From positions 1 through 56,057 of the IMG/VR virus record IMGVR_UViG_3300023105_000041: 56,057 nucleotides of DNA; one strand, written 5' to 3'. This stretch comes from a virus. Its lineage: Duplodnaviria; Caudoviricetes. This document shows positions 8,179-20,200 of the stretch, in pieces. The position numbers and the translations under genes are program-made. Position 1 is the first letter of the stretch, and every line of letters starts with the position of its first letter. The notes under the pieces are model-generated. The model had not been told where the DNA came from, searched no databases, and saw only the letters and a program-made list of their open reading frames with translations.

Positions 8179-10458
8179 TTATGCCGAGAAAGATGCCCCA
8201 GTTGGTAAGATGTTGAAATCAATTACGATGAATTCAGCAGTCTTAGCAGGTTGTAAGAAAATCTGTCCAGCAAGTATGTTTCTATCAACTACATCAGGTG
8301 TGTTGTTAGTTTCATCCATAACCACTTTGAATGCATACAATCCTTGTCTTTGTTGGATACCCTCTAAATAAGGTTGTACTGTATTGATAAATCTACCTCT
8401 TGTTTGAGCAGTGTTTTGTTCGAATACCAAGTATCTTGAAGTACTTGCAACAAATTTCTTAACTGCAATCAACAATCTTCTTACATTGATTCTATCTAAT
8501 GCAGAAGCCTTATCTTGTAGAGTCTTTTGTCCAAATGCAACAATACCTTGTCCTGGGAATGAAGCAATTGGGTTTACTTTGTTTTCATATAAAGTATCTC
8601 TTTCAGAGTGAGTTAATCTATTCAATACTGATACTGCACCAATAATACCACCTCTATTCAAACCAGCAGGAGCAAACCACTCAGCTGCAATTGCATCGTT
8701 AGCAGCAAATACTGCAGGTAACAATACTGAAGGTGGAACTGAAATTAATTTGTTAGTATTTGTATCTACTGTCTTAACCCAAGGATAATAAGAACCTACA
8801 TAGTTCGAATCGATTGAGTTAGCTTGAGTAGTTACTTGTGCAATTGTATCACTCACTCCAGTTAAGTCAGAGATAAAGAATGCATCTTGTCTTGCCTCTA
8901 CCATATCAATCACATCAGTAGTTACTGCTGGGTGTAATCTTCTTACAATACCAGGTGTTACTACCATGTTAATATCATACTCATCTTGATTTGAGATTGC
9001 ATCGATTGCCTTCTTGTATGCAACTGAACCACTAGCAGTAGAATCAGTTAAATCAAATCCTTGTGAATTACCAGATGAGATTGAACTTCCTAATGCAATT
9101 TCTCTTGTAGGAGCCATACCATCAAATCCACCTTGGAATGCAAGTGAAAATTGTCTCTTAACCATATCTTCAGTTGCAGAACCAGTCATTTCTAATGAAA
9201 GTTGAGAATCAAATCCAAAATCTACATTTGAACCAGTTCCAGCACCATCAGGAATCGGATTTAGATAATTTAAATTGTCTTTCTTTACACCAGTTGTTTC
9301 AAAGTTAATACCAGCATACTGATAAGGATTACCAGTTGTATTTCCATTTGAAGTTGTTTGGTAAGTTACAGTTGGAACAATACTTGAATCAGTTGCCTTG
9401 ATAGGTAACTCATATGCACCGTGTCCGAATGGAGCAGCAGATACTGGGTAAGAACCTTGAGCACCTACTTCTACTCTAATGTATGATGAGTTATTTACCC
9501 AATCACCATTTTCAGTAATTTTACCATTTGAATCAACTGTATAATATCTATCACCAATTACTCTTGCGATATAGTTTGCAGAGTCTGGGTCAAGGTTTAC
9601 ATTATTAAAAGTTTCTAATACTACTTTTCTCTTGTCAGTATCAGAGAATGAACGAATTGTTACAGTAAATACTGAATAATCTGTTCCACCATCCTCACCT
9701 GCTGCCTTAACACCAGAGATAGAAACTTTAAATCTTCTATTTTCACCATTTCCATGCCCTAAAGTATGGAATCTAAATAAGTCATATCTTTCACCGGAGA
9801 TTAATTGTGATTTGACCCATGGTGTATTTGCAGATGATGCATCATATGTGAAGTCTTGAGTTGGTAGTGAGATTGCTGAAATTACATTTGCGTCTCCACT
9901 ACCACTAGCTGCATTTTCAAAGTAAGAATATACATATGCATCTTTTGGCCCTCTTGCAGATGTTCCAAATACATCAGTTACATCATTTCCAGCAGAAGGT
10001 AAAATAGATGAAGAAACTTCACCAATACCAGAACCACTAACAACAAATGAACCAGTTTCTGCTAAATCAGAAATAGTAAATCCACTAAATCCTACTTCAG
10101 CATCACCATTATCGGTTGAATGAAGTGTTGAAATTAATTTAAATCCGTTTGAACCAGATGTTGCAATACCAATAGGTGCAACTTGTTGATAACCACCTAC
10201 ACCTGCAACTCTAACGATTGTTGCAGTTCCAGCTTCTCTTAAATAATTCTGCACTGCATACTCTGTATAGTAAGTACCATCAGGTGTACCAAATTTTTCT
10301 TCAAACTCCGATTGAGTTCGAACTACTGTGGGTACAAACGCAGGACCTTGTTTAAATGGTCCAATAAACGCTGCACCGATTTCTCCTACACCTTGTGCTA
10401 AAAACGATAAGTCATTTTCTCTCGTAAATACTCCAGGTGATACAATTCTTTCTGCCAT
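8179..10458 (-). CDS. gp18: Tail sheath protein (gp18-like)
   Basis: SPGVFTRENDLS N-terminus; YYPWV, WFAPAGLNRG, RDTLYENKVNPI, GQKTLQ..SALDRINVRRLL, FEQN, PAKTAEFI motifs. Confidence 0.97.
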   Translation of the reverse strand: MAERIVSPGVFTRENDLSFLAQGVGEIGAAFIGPFKQGPAFVPTVVRTQSEFEEKFGTPDGTYYTEYAVQNYLREAGTATIVRVAGVGGYQQVAPIGIATSGSNGFKLISTLHSTDNGDAEVGFSGFTISDLAETGSFVVSGSGIGEVSSSILPSAGNDVTDVFGTSARGPKDAYVYSYFENAASGSGDANVISAISLPTQDFTYDASSANTPWVKSQLISGERYDLFRFHTLGHGNGENRRFKVSISGVKAAGEDGGTDYSVFTVTIRSFSDTDKRKVVLETFNNVNLDPDSANYIARVIGDRYYTVDSNGKITENGDWVNNSSYIRVEVGAQGSYPVSAAPFGHGAYELPIKATDSSIVPTVTYQTTSNGNTTGNPYQYAGINFETTGVKKDNLNYLNPIPDGAGTGSNVDFGFDSQLSLEMTGSATEDMVKRQFSLAFQGGFDGMAPTREIALGSSISSGNSQGFDLTDSTASGSVAYKKAIDAISNQDEYDINMVVTPGIVRRLHPAVTTDVIDMVEARQDAFFISDLTGVSDTIAQVTTQANSIDSNYVGSYYPWVKTVDTNTNKLISVPPSVLLPAVFAANDAIAAEWFAPAGLNRGGIIGAVSVLNRLTHSERDTLYENKVNPIASFPGQGIVAFGQKTLQDKASALDRINVRRLLIAVKKFVASTSRYLVFEQNTAQTRGRFINTVQPYLEGIQQRQGLYAFKVVMDETNNTPDVVDRNILAGQIFLQPAKTAEFIVIDFNILPTGASFSA

Positions 10459-10499
10459 ATTATCTCCGTTTATTAAATAAACAATTTAGTTATTACTAC

Positions 10500-10507
10500 T
10501 ATAAATA
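10500..10507 (-). promoter_or_regulatory. Putative late-promoter motif TATTTATA upstream of sheath
   Basis: Intergenic, 42 nt above ATG 10458; GGAG Shine-Dalgarno-like site between them. Confidence 0.55.
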
Positions 10508-10534
10508 TAACTAAAATATTGAAACCATCAATTA

Positions 10535-10918
10535 TTATACTTCAGGTGTTGGGGTTACCGAACCTGTTGACCATGGTAAGTCTTCTGTACTAACTTCTTC
10601 ACTTGCATCATCGATTTCATCAATTTTCTTTTGAATCTGTTCAGAGATATGGTTCCAATATGAAGTTGCCGCACTTGATGATACTATATTTTGTACCCAG
10701 CCAATTACTAAATCTTCGGTTAAGTCACCAAAAGCTACAAATTCATCAGCTGAACCAGAGTCAAAATCGATAGGAGTAGCTCCAATAAATGTTCCCTCTG
10801 TACCCGTTGTTGATTCAGTACCAGTACATTTCCATCTAGCATGTAGTACAACATTCTCATGCGCTCCTATTGTTTTTTTAGTCATTTGGGTAATTCCCCA
10901 AGAATAAGTTACTGCCAT
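10535..10918 (-). CDS. Acidic fibre-associated hypothetical protein
   Basis: MAVTYSW...F..F.DLTEDLVIGWV...LPW pattern, recalled from small proteins that follow phage fibre genes; AGGA SD. Confidence 0.55.
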   Translation of the reverse strand: MAVTYSWGITQMTKKTIGAHENVVLHARWKCTGTESTTGTEGTFIGATPIDFDSGSADEFVAFGDLTEDLVIGWVQNIVSSSAATSYWNHISEQIQKKIDEIDDASEEVSTEDLPWSTGSVTPTPEV

Positions 10919-10939
10919 TTTATTTCCTTTTTTTTTATA

Positions 10940-11012
10940 TATAAATATATAGACTATTTCTTAAACACAAAATAATCACTTATAAATATAACCGAAGTTT
11001 CTTAAACACAAA
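10940..11012 (-). repeat. Tandem duplicated putative promoter (41-bp period)
   Basis: + strand TATAAATATA-N7-TTTCTTAAACACAAA at 10940-10971 and again at 10981-11012. Confidence 0.8.
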
Positions 11013-11013
11013 T

Positions 11014-11256
11014 TTAAGATATACTACCAGAAGTTTCTACGAAACTACTTGATACCTCTGTCCAAATAGTCTGAATAAATACAGATTCACTTGCATATAA
11101 GTGGTCTTCATTATTGAATTGATAAAGAGTATGGGCATGACTTCGATTGATTTCTTCCCCATCTTCAATAAATGATACTCTTTTAACAACTTCCATACTT
11201 GGATTTTGTACATTTACATCTAATTTGTTTAAAACTATTTCTTTTTCTATTGCCAT
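11014..11256 (-). CDS. Small fibre-associated hypothetical protein
   Basis: 80 aa, MAIEKEIVLNKLDV...IEDGEEINRS.H; starts 7 nt after the fibre gene stop. Confidence 0.55.
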   Translation of the reverse strand: MAIEKEIVLNKLDVNVQNPSMEVVKRVSFIEDGEEINRSHAHTLYQFNNEDHLYASESVFIQTIWTEVSSSFVETSGSIS

Positions 11257-11262
11257 CTTTTA

Positions 11263-14200
11263 TTATTTCTTTAATAATTGTTTCAGCATCTCTTTCATTT
11301 CAGAGAGTTCTGATTTTAAATATTCGATTTCTTCTTTTTGAGAATCTACTATTTCTTTTTGTTCATTAATTGCATTAACTAAAAGAGGTACTACCTTATC
11401 ATATTGGATTGTCATATAATCATATCCTAATGATTCAGCAAGTGGAGCAGGTTTTACAATTTCAGGAAGAATTGATTTAACATCCTGAGCAGATAAACCT
11501 ACTTGTAATTCTCTACCTTCATATCCTATTAAGTTAGCCTCTTTATTGTTTCTATAATAGAAACCATTTAACTTACCAACTTTTTCAAGAGCATTTTCGA
11601 TATCACCTTCTTTATCCTTCAATCTCATATCAGAATAGTAAGCGATTACGTTTGATGATGCTCTCATATCACCATTAACTCGCCAACCCCAAGATTCAGC
11701 TCTACCTTTCCAAGAACCATTATAATCAATTTCCATGTATGAGTTATGAATACCATAAATCATCCACTCATTGTTTACATCATTGTAGATACCAGTAGAA
11801 GAACTACCATTATGCATAAACACTGCTCTACCAGAAATAGACCACCCTTCCCATCCATTAACACCTCCACCATAAGTAGAAACATTACCATACTGTCCAC
11901 CTTGTGCACCTACTGCCCAAAGTCCGTATCCATAAGATTGGAAGTAAACACCAGTAGCACCTTGAGGTCTGAACCAATCGTTTGCTAATACATAACGAAG
12001 TTGTGATGTACCATTTGGATTACAATAATAACCAGTATCGTTTGCATCATAATAGCTACCAGCATACATTGCTCCACCATTTCCATTGTTTTCATCTAAA
12101 ACAGGAATAGTTCTCCAACCACGGAATCCACCCCAAGTTGAACGGAATCTCAAGTTAGTAATAGGTCCACCAACCATTTGCCATCCATAACGAGATGAAC
12201 CGTTTGAATAGTGATATGATTGAATACCTACCCAGTGCGATGTACCCGAAGGTTGGTTACCTGGATTGGACCATGTATCAATAAATCCTGAACCCCAATC
12301 TGCAACTGCAGTTGTGAAATCTTGTCGACCCCAACCATAGGCACCAGTCCAATAGTTAGTATCACCAGTAATTCTTGGTCTTGCTCTGTAATATTCACCA
12401 CTATCTCTCGTATGACCTGGTTGACCTAACCATGCCATTGTTCTAGCATTAGCACCTTCAAATCTTGTAGAGTGTCCAGATGCACCATCGAAATAATAAC
12501 CAGTATTATTTGAATCATAGAAAACTGGTGCTCTTAATGAATCTCCAGCTTGTAGGTTGTAGTTAACATATACATTGTTTGTACCCAATGGGTCAGTTGA
12601 GTTGTTAACAGACATTACCTGCGTTGCCATATTGTAATCGTTGTAGAAACGCATACCATTGTAAGATGCGTTTGCTCCAAACTTAATACCAGTATGGAAT
12701 GCAATCCTTAAATCAGGATATCTATAAGACCACCCACCACCTTCTCTATAAATAGCATATGCAGTACTTCTACCACTTGAGAAGTATAATCCGAATTCCG
12801 TATTTGATGATACATCATAGTTGTTTGCAAATCTAAATGCTTGTGATACATTACTTCTTGATGTACCATTTCCATCCCAATAATAGTATGTATCGTTATT
12901 ATCATAGATAAATGGAGTACGAGTTTCTACATAGTTGTAAACTCTACCACCAGTATCAATTAATAATCTAGCAGTACCCCAACTACCATTTCTATATCCG
13001 TGGTTTTGGTTGATTCTAAAGTTATCATCTGCATATCCATATCCAACAGACCAAGTTGTACCGGTCATTGCAGATGAGAATAAGATAGAAGGTCTATCTC
13101 CACCACCACTTCCTTCAGTTCTAAATTCACCGGTAATACCCCAAGAGTGATTACCATACTGATTCCGAACTAATAGGGTTACACTATTTCCAGCTGTACC
13201 ACCTGAACCTGTTTTAGTTATTTGCATTACAGGCCCACTTGTTCTACCAAAATTGGTGAATCCCCAAGGGTCCATATAATATCCACTATTGTTTCTATCA
13301 CGGTAGAAATCAGCTCTTTGTTCACCAATGGTGTAAGCACCACCACTATATGTTTCTATTTTTCTTGAACCATTGTAGTATAAACCAACCCAAGAGTTTC
13401 TATACATTAAGACAGCCCATTCGTTGTTTACATCATTATAGAGACCAGCTGCAGAAGAACCATCGTGCATGAATACCCATCTTCCTTCGATTGAATATCC
13501 AGACCAACCATTTAGTCTTCTATCAACACGCATTGTACCATAAGATGCACCAACGGTATCAATACCAATCCGAGCCTCTAATGAACCGTTATCTGAATAG
13601 AAATAAGTACCATTATCATTTTGGTGTCTAATTGCCCAACTTCCACCAGAATCTAATAAACCAATTTCATTGGAGTTAGTTGCATATAAATAACCTCTGG
13701 TATTATTACCTGCAGTAGCCATGTTGATTTCAACTGTCGATTGAGTACCATATAATCTCCAAGTTCTATTTCCAGTTGAGTACCAATGCATTGCAGTTGC
13801 TTGGTTATATAAACCTTCACCACTATTATCGTTTCTGAACCAGTTTCTAGCGTAGATTTCAGTACCTCTAATGTCACCCATATTTGAGTAACCATCTGGA
13901 TTTACATAATATCCTGTATTAGTCCAATCATAATAAATTGGAGACCTCATATCAGAATTGTGTCTTGCGTAATCATGATTTAGTAGGAAAGATTCACTAC
14001 CACCACTTAACAATCTTAAACCATAAGTGTGGTTACTTGCCATACGAAGGTCAATTCCGTAATCCAAGTTACCAGTAACAATCATACCCCAATCATTATT
14101 GTTTGGTTTGTTAATCCATAAGATTGCATCATCACCAGAAGCTTGGTTATCAATACCATCTAACCTTAAACCACTCATTATTGATGTATTACGAGGGTCT

Positions 14201-17200
14201 ACTCTATATCCACTATTGTCTAAATCATAGAATATTCTTGATTGTAGATAATCATAGAAAATACCCCAACCATCAACTCTCAAGTTTAAGTTACCAACAT
14301 CGGAACTCATTCTGAATTCACCTGCACCACCAATTAAATCAATACCAGATTGATTATCCCAATGGGTATTGGTTCTTAATCTCATTGTACCACCATTCTG
14401 ATATGGCATTCTGATTTCTGAGCCAAAATCTCCAAAATATGAAGTATTTGTATCGTAATATCTACTCGATGCAATTGCATTGTCCATCGATGGGTATGCG
14501 ATGGTATCAGGTGAGAAATCTGAAATATTTGTTGCACCAGGTGATTGGTTAATATACGCCCATGAACGACTTGGTGTACTATCTGTAAATGTTACATCTC
14601 TATTAGTTCTAATAATTGCATCTACTTGTGCATAATATCTAACATCAACATAAACTGGTACATATCTGATATCACCACTAATAGTTACAGGCGAACCAAT
14701 CCTTACTCGATAATAATCATATCCCCAAGTTCTATTTTCAACTAATCTTGCTTGATACCCATTATAGTATCCCCAATAAACCATATAGGTCTTTTTAGAA
14801 CCTCTACCAAAGTACCTTTCATGTAATTCTACTTCAAAAGTACCAGTAGAGTTCCAATCATTCCAGTCCATTGAAATTCTAGCAATTTCAAATGTACGAG
14901 CTTGAGTTCCACTTGCAGTCATTGTAGATTTAATTGGAACCGTATAGAAGTCATCTAATGCAATGTAATCTTCTGCTACAATTGGCCCATTTAAGTCTAA
15001 AGTACCATCAACTCTTAAATTATTTAATCGAGAATCACTATTAGGTTCGATTCTATAAGCAGAGTTATCAGTATCAGTTAATGCTCGTGTTATAACTTGA
15101 TTATAGAAGTTACCCACCTCAGCAGTAAGTTGAGCATTTCCAGAACCAGTATCACCATAAAAAACAAATTCTGCACCAGCACCATTTGGATTACCATCGT
15201 TAACTCTAATTTCAGCATCATATGATGTATTAATAAATCCAATTCTGTTACCAGTTACTAATAAATTATTTAAACGAGATGTTCCAGCTGGGTCAACATA
15301 ATATGAAGTGTTATGGTCATAATAAATTGAAGCCCTCACTTGACCTCCAAAATATGTGTTACCATTATCTAAATCAATAGAAGCACGTAGACTACCATTA
15401 CCAATGAACACAAATTCATTTGGATTTGAAGAACTCCAATATGAACGATATGGGTTATCATTTCCAGCCCAGAAAATACCCCAATCTGTTGCAGTTTGCC
15501 AAATCCAATGTGAATAATCTTGTGCTTTAATAACTGCATTGTTATTACCATCACCAGATGTTTGGAAACCTATTCTATTAATAATACCATTGGTATTAAG
15601 TGCAACACTTGTATTTCCTGCAGCAGGATTTAGATAATATCCCGTGTTATTGTATCTTCTGAATGTTCCAAAGTCTGCATTATTAGTTGAGTAAACAATC
15701 TTATTATTTCTAACTCTCAACAAACTACCTTCGGTCATGTACCAACCACCACCCCATCCAAAGCCAATTTCTTCATCTTTGAAGAATGATGATGTACTTC
15801 TACCAATTATCAATGCATCTGCATTATTTCTTAATTGAATAGAACCATCAACATGAAGTACACTACTATTTAAACCAGATACTAATGGTGTATTATCACC
15901 AGATGAGTATCTTACTGTTGTATCACCAACTATTAATTGTCCTTGATTTACGGTTCTTGTAGCAGAATCACCTAATTGAAGGATATCTGGGTCAGTACCT
16001 TCATCCATTTCCATCATTCTTCTGCCACCAGCATACAAATACATTCTATCTGTTTCGAATAAGATATAGGTGTTTGTGTCACCATTATGTCTGATATAAT
16101 CATCTACCCGTAGTTCATGCATATATGAAATAGAGGCAGGTTCTGTGAAGTATGCTGCATTATCTCTATCATAATAACGATAGAAGTATGCATTTCCACC
16201 ATAAAGGTCACCTGTATTAGATGTGTTGTTTGTAGTAAGAACTAATGATGCTGTTCTTGTTTGTTCAACACCACTAATTGATGTTACAAAATCAACACTC
16301 CAACCACTACCCCAGTTTGTAGAATATCCACTATGTCCTGTTTGTACTTCAGTTATGTAAACTTGTGGGTAAGACCAAGTTGTATTTGTTTCACCAATTG
16401 TGATAAATTCTCTACTACCATCATCACCCCATCGTATAGTAAATGCACTTCTACCGGCATCAGTTAATTGAGTAGCAAATATGTTATACCAGTTACCTGG
16501 TCCATAGTTGTATCCACCAATTTCAAAAGTTGAACTTCTACCAGTTGAGTATTCATAAACTTTTATAGTCATTCTCAACATCGTAGAAGAATTTCTTCTA
16601 TTTTGTGGTAATCTAATTCTTATGGCACCAGTTGTACTTCCAGCATTTGAAGTAGATGTTCCACCTTCTGGATTTACAAATCTTCTTTCTGAACTTCCGT
16701 ATAAATTAGAAACTTTAATTCTATTTAATCTTGATGTTGAATTAAAATCACCATAATAACCAGTATCAGTCCAGTTATAATAAGTTGGGAAGTATGCATA
16801 GTCAGATGTATCATATGCCTGAATCCCTCCATCAAACTGAACTCTCTTATTAAAGTAGAAGTTTCCTCTATCAGTTTGGAAATGAGCATATGTACCATTC
16901 ATTGGGCCCATATCAACATATCCACTATTAGTTCTAACCCTTAATGAGTTTCCACTACCTTCTTCTAATTGAGTATTTGAATCATTAATTTGGTATTCAC
17001 CATAAACTCTAACACCCGTTGATATAGTTCTTAATTTTTCAGAATTATTTGCATAAAGTTGTACATAATGACCATTTGCAGTAGATGAAGATGGATTCCA
17101 AAATTTAGCAATATCATATGCTCCACCAGAACCACCTCTAATATGTAAACCTTGTAGGGTGTTCCACTTCATTCCATCTAATGTACCACTACCTGCAGCA

Positions 17201-20200
17201 CCTCTACCACCAGGGCCACCATAGTAATCATTCCAAAGAACATGATTTGCATCAGTTCCACCATTAAACCAAATAGCATTGTTAGTATAATTTCTTGCTA
17301 GTCTTAAACCATTGGTTCTTAATTCCAAATCTCTTAAAATAGAACTACCATTACCATCGATTCTATATGTAGTATCAGTCCAATTATAGAATATATCAGA
17401 CCTAAATGAACCAGGCGTTGTTACATATCCCTCTGAATTGTATATAGAATGTCCATATGTAAATTTCCAATATTTTGTTGGATATGAATCATTACCACCC
17501 AATGCAATATAGAAACCAGTATCATTATCACCCCAAGCAGAAGCCCGTTTATAAAGACCCACATTCATATGAGTTCTATAGCCAGAAGTATATCTACTTC
17601 TCATATGGAATGCTGGAAGGAATGTGTCAGTTGTACCAACATTTACTTCATCGTAGTAAATTGGTGCATTAGTAAGAGATGTTACTGCAGTTTGGTCATA
17701 ATCAGCAGGAGTATCTGGTGTTATTCTTCCAGTTACATCTAATGTGGTACTTACTTTTACTGCTGAGTTATTTACTTCTAATCGTTCTACGTTATTAGTT
17801 ACAATTCTCCATTGGTCAGTTGCATGGAATTGCATATAAGTTCCCGTATTACCATCGTGATAAATTCGGTCTCTTAAATAAATGTCCTCAACATCATTAA
17901 TTACATTTGAACCAAGAGTTAAAGTACCATTTAAGGTCATTCCAGCAAATGTTGGTGAATCGGTTGTACGAACATTTTGGTCCATTGCGTACAACTCATT
18001 ATCACCATGTCCAGTATTCAGTTTAGTTGCATTTACAACACCAGTAAAGGTTGCTTCGCCATTTGCTGCAATTGCTAATCTTTCTACGGCAGCAGTTCTA
18101 AATGATAAAGTTCCACTACCACCATAATTTCCTATGGTTAAAGTTCCTCCTATTGTTCTTATTATCTGGTCACCATATATGGTCATTGTACCAGTAGGCC
18201 CAAAATTGTATCTTTCCCCAACACCTAAAGTTGAAAATTTAATTGAGTCTGCAGTTGGAGTATATATTGTACTTTGATTATTACCTGTGAAGTAAATTCC
18301 CTCTTTTACATGAAATCCACCATCGGTTTCTAAAGTTGAATCCGCATACCATCTATCATTTGATTCCTTCCAATAAAATTGTTTTGTTGCCGAAGAACCT
18401 CTTAAAACTTCAATACCAGAATTTTCCGAAGGAGTACCTGATGTGAAGTTTGAATTAAGAGTAATAATATTATCTGCCAACTGAATAGTTTCGGTATTCA
18501 CAATTGTTTGAGTACCCGTTACATTCAGATTACCTGTTATATTTAGGGTTGTTCCATCAAAAGTAAGATTTGATTCAACCGTTGCATTTGGTGCTGAACC
18601 ATTTAATGTAATTACACCATTATCAGTATTACCAGTTAGAGAAAGTAATCCACTTGTTCCTCCACTACCAGATGTACCAGAGCTTCCACTTGAACCAGAT
18701 GAACCACTACTTCCACTCGAACCAGAAGACCCAGCAGAACCATCAGTACCACTTGAACCAGATGAACCACTTGAGCCAGATGACCCACTCGAACCACTCG
18801 AACCACTACTACCGGAACTTCCGCTTGAACCAGAGGTACCAGATGTACCACTCGAGCCAGATGAACCATTTGTACCACTTGAACCGGATGAACCAGATGT
18901 TCCACTCGTTCCACTCGAGCCAGATGAACCATTTGTACCACTTGAACCGGATGAACCAGATGACCCACTCGAACCCGAAGAACCACTTGTACCAGGGTCT
19001 CCATCTACACCTTGTGCACCATCAGTACCAGATGAACCACTTGAGCCAGATGAGCCAGAAGAACCATCAGAACCAGAAGAACCACTTGAACCAGATGAAC
19101 CACTTGAGCCACTTGAACCTGAGCTACCAGATGAACCAGATTCTCCTGTTAAACCACTTGAGCCCGATGAACCACTTGAGCCAGATGAACCACTTGAGCC
19201 ACTACTACCCGATGTACCAGGCGTACCACCTTCACCAGATGCACCATCTCTACCACTCGTTCCACTCGAACCACTTGAACCACTACTTCCGCTCGTTCCA
19301 GGATTTCCATCTATACCACTTGAACCACTCGAACCACTACTACCACTTGAGCCAGATGAACCACTGCTACCACTTGAACCAGATTCACCACCAACACCAT
19401 CTATACCAGAAGAACCACTACTACCACTCGAACCAGATGAGCCTGATGACCCCGATGAACCACTTGTACCAGGTGCACCATCTTCTCCACTTGAACCAGA
19501 ACTACCCGATGAACCACTTGAGCCAGATGTACCAGGGTTACCCTGTGGGCCTTGTGGACCATCTATACCACTCGAACCACCAGAGCCCGATGTACCAGAA
19601 CTACCACTACTTCCACTTGAACCACTGCTTCCACTTGAACCACCACTACCAGAAGAACCACTTGAACCACTTGAGCCCGAACTTCCACTACTTCCACTTG
19701 AACCTGCAGAACCATCAGTACCGGCACTACCATCAGTACCACTACTTCCACTGCTTCCACTCGAGCCACTTGAACCCGAACTTCCACTTGAACCACTTGA
19801 ACCACTTGAGCCCGAAGAACCAGATGAACCAGATGAACCCGAAGTTCCACTTACACCACTTGAGCCACTCGAACCACTTGAGCCACTTGAGCCAGAAGAA
19901 CCAGATGAACCAGAAGTTCCACTTGTTCCACTCGTACCACTTGTTCCAGCAGTACCTGCAGCTTCTTCCCAACCAGTTGATGTATATCTATAAATGTTTG
20001 TGTCAGTATCGTTATAATATAATTGTCCGATTTGTCCACCTGCAGGTTCTGAACTAAAGACTGGAATTACAACCGAATCTTTAATTAAAACTGAACCTGT
20101 GAATTGATGTGTATCTGAAGATTCATCACCAAACACATTCGAACCAGATGCATAAATTACTGATGATGATACAAAAGTTGTTATTAATTCAGTTGATGTT

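Noticed and set aside
11263-13900. Diversity-generating retroelement target or shufflon at the fibre tip
   Set aside because: The duplicated modules differ at all base types rather than only adenines, and no reverse transcriptase, invertase or inverted crossover sites were seen in the window
18636-20057. His/Gln-rich 467-aa + strand ORF and Val-rich alternate-frame ORFs
   Set aside because: Shadow frames of the 9-nt GSS repeat, which lacks stops in several frames; no SD or promoter context
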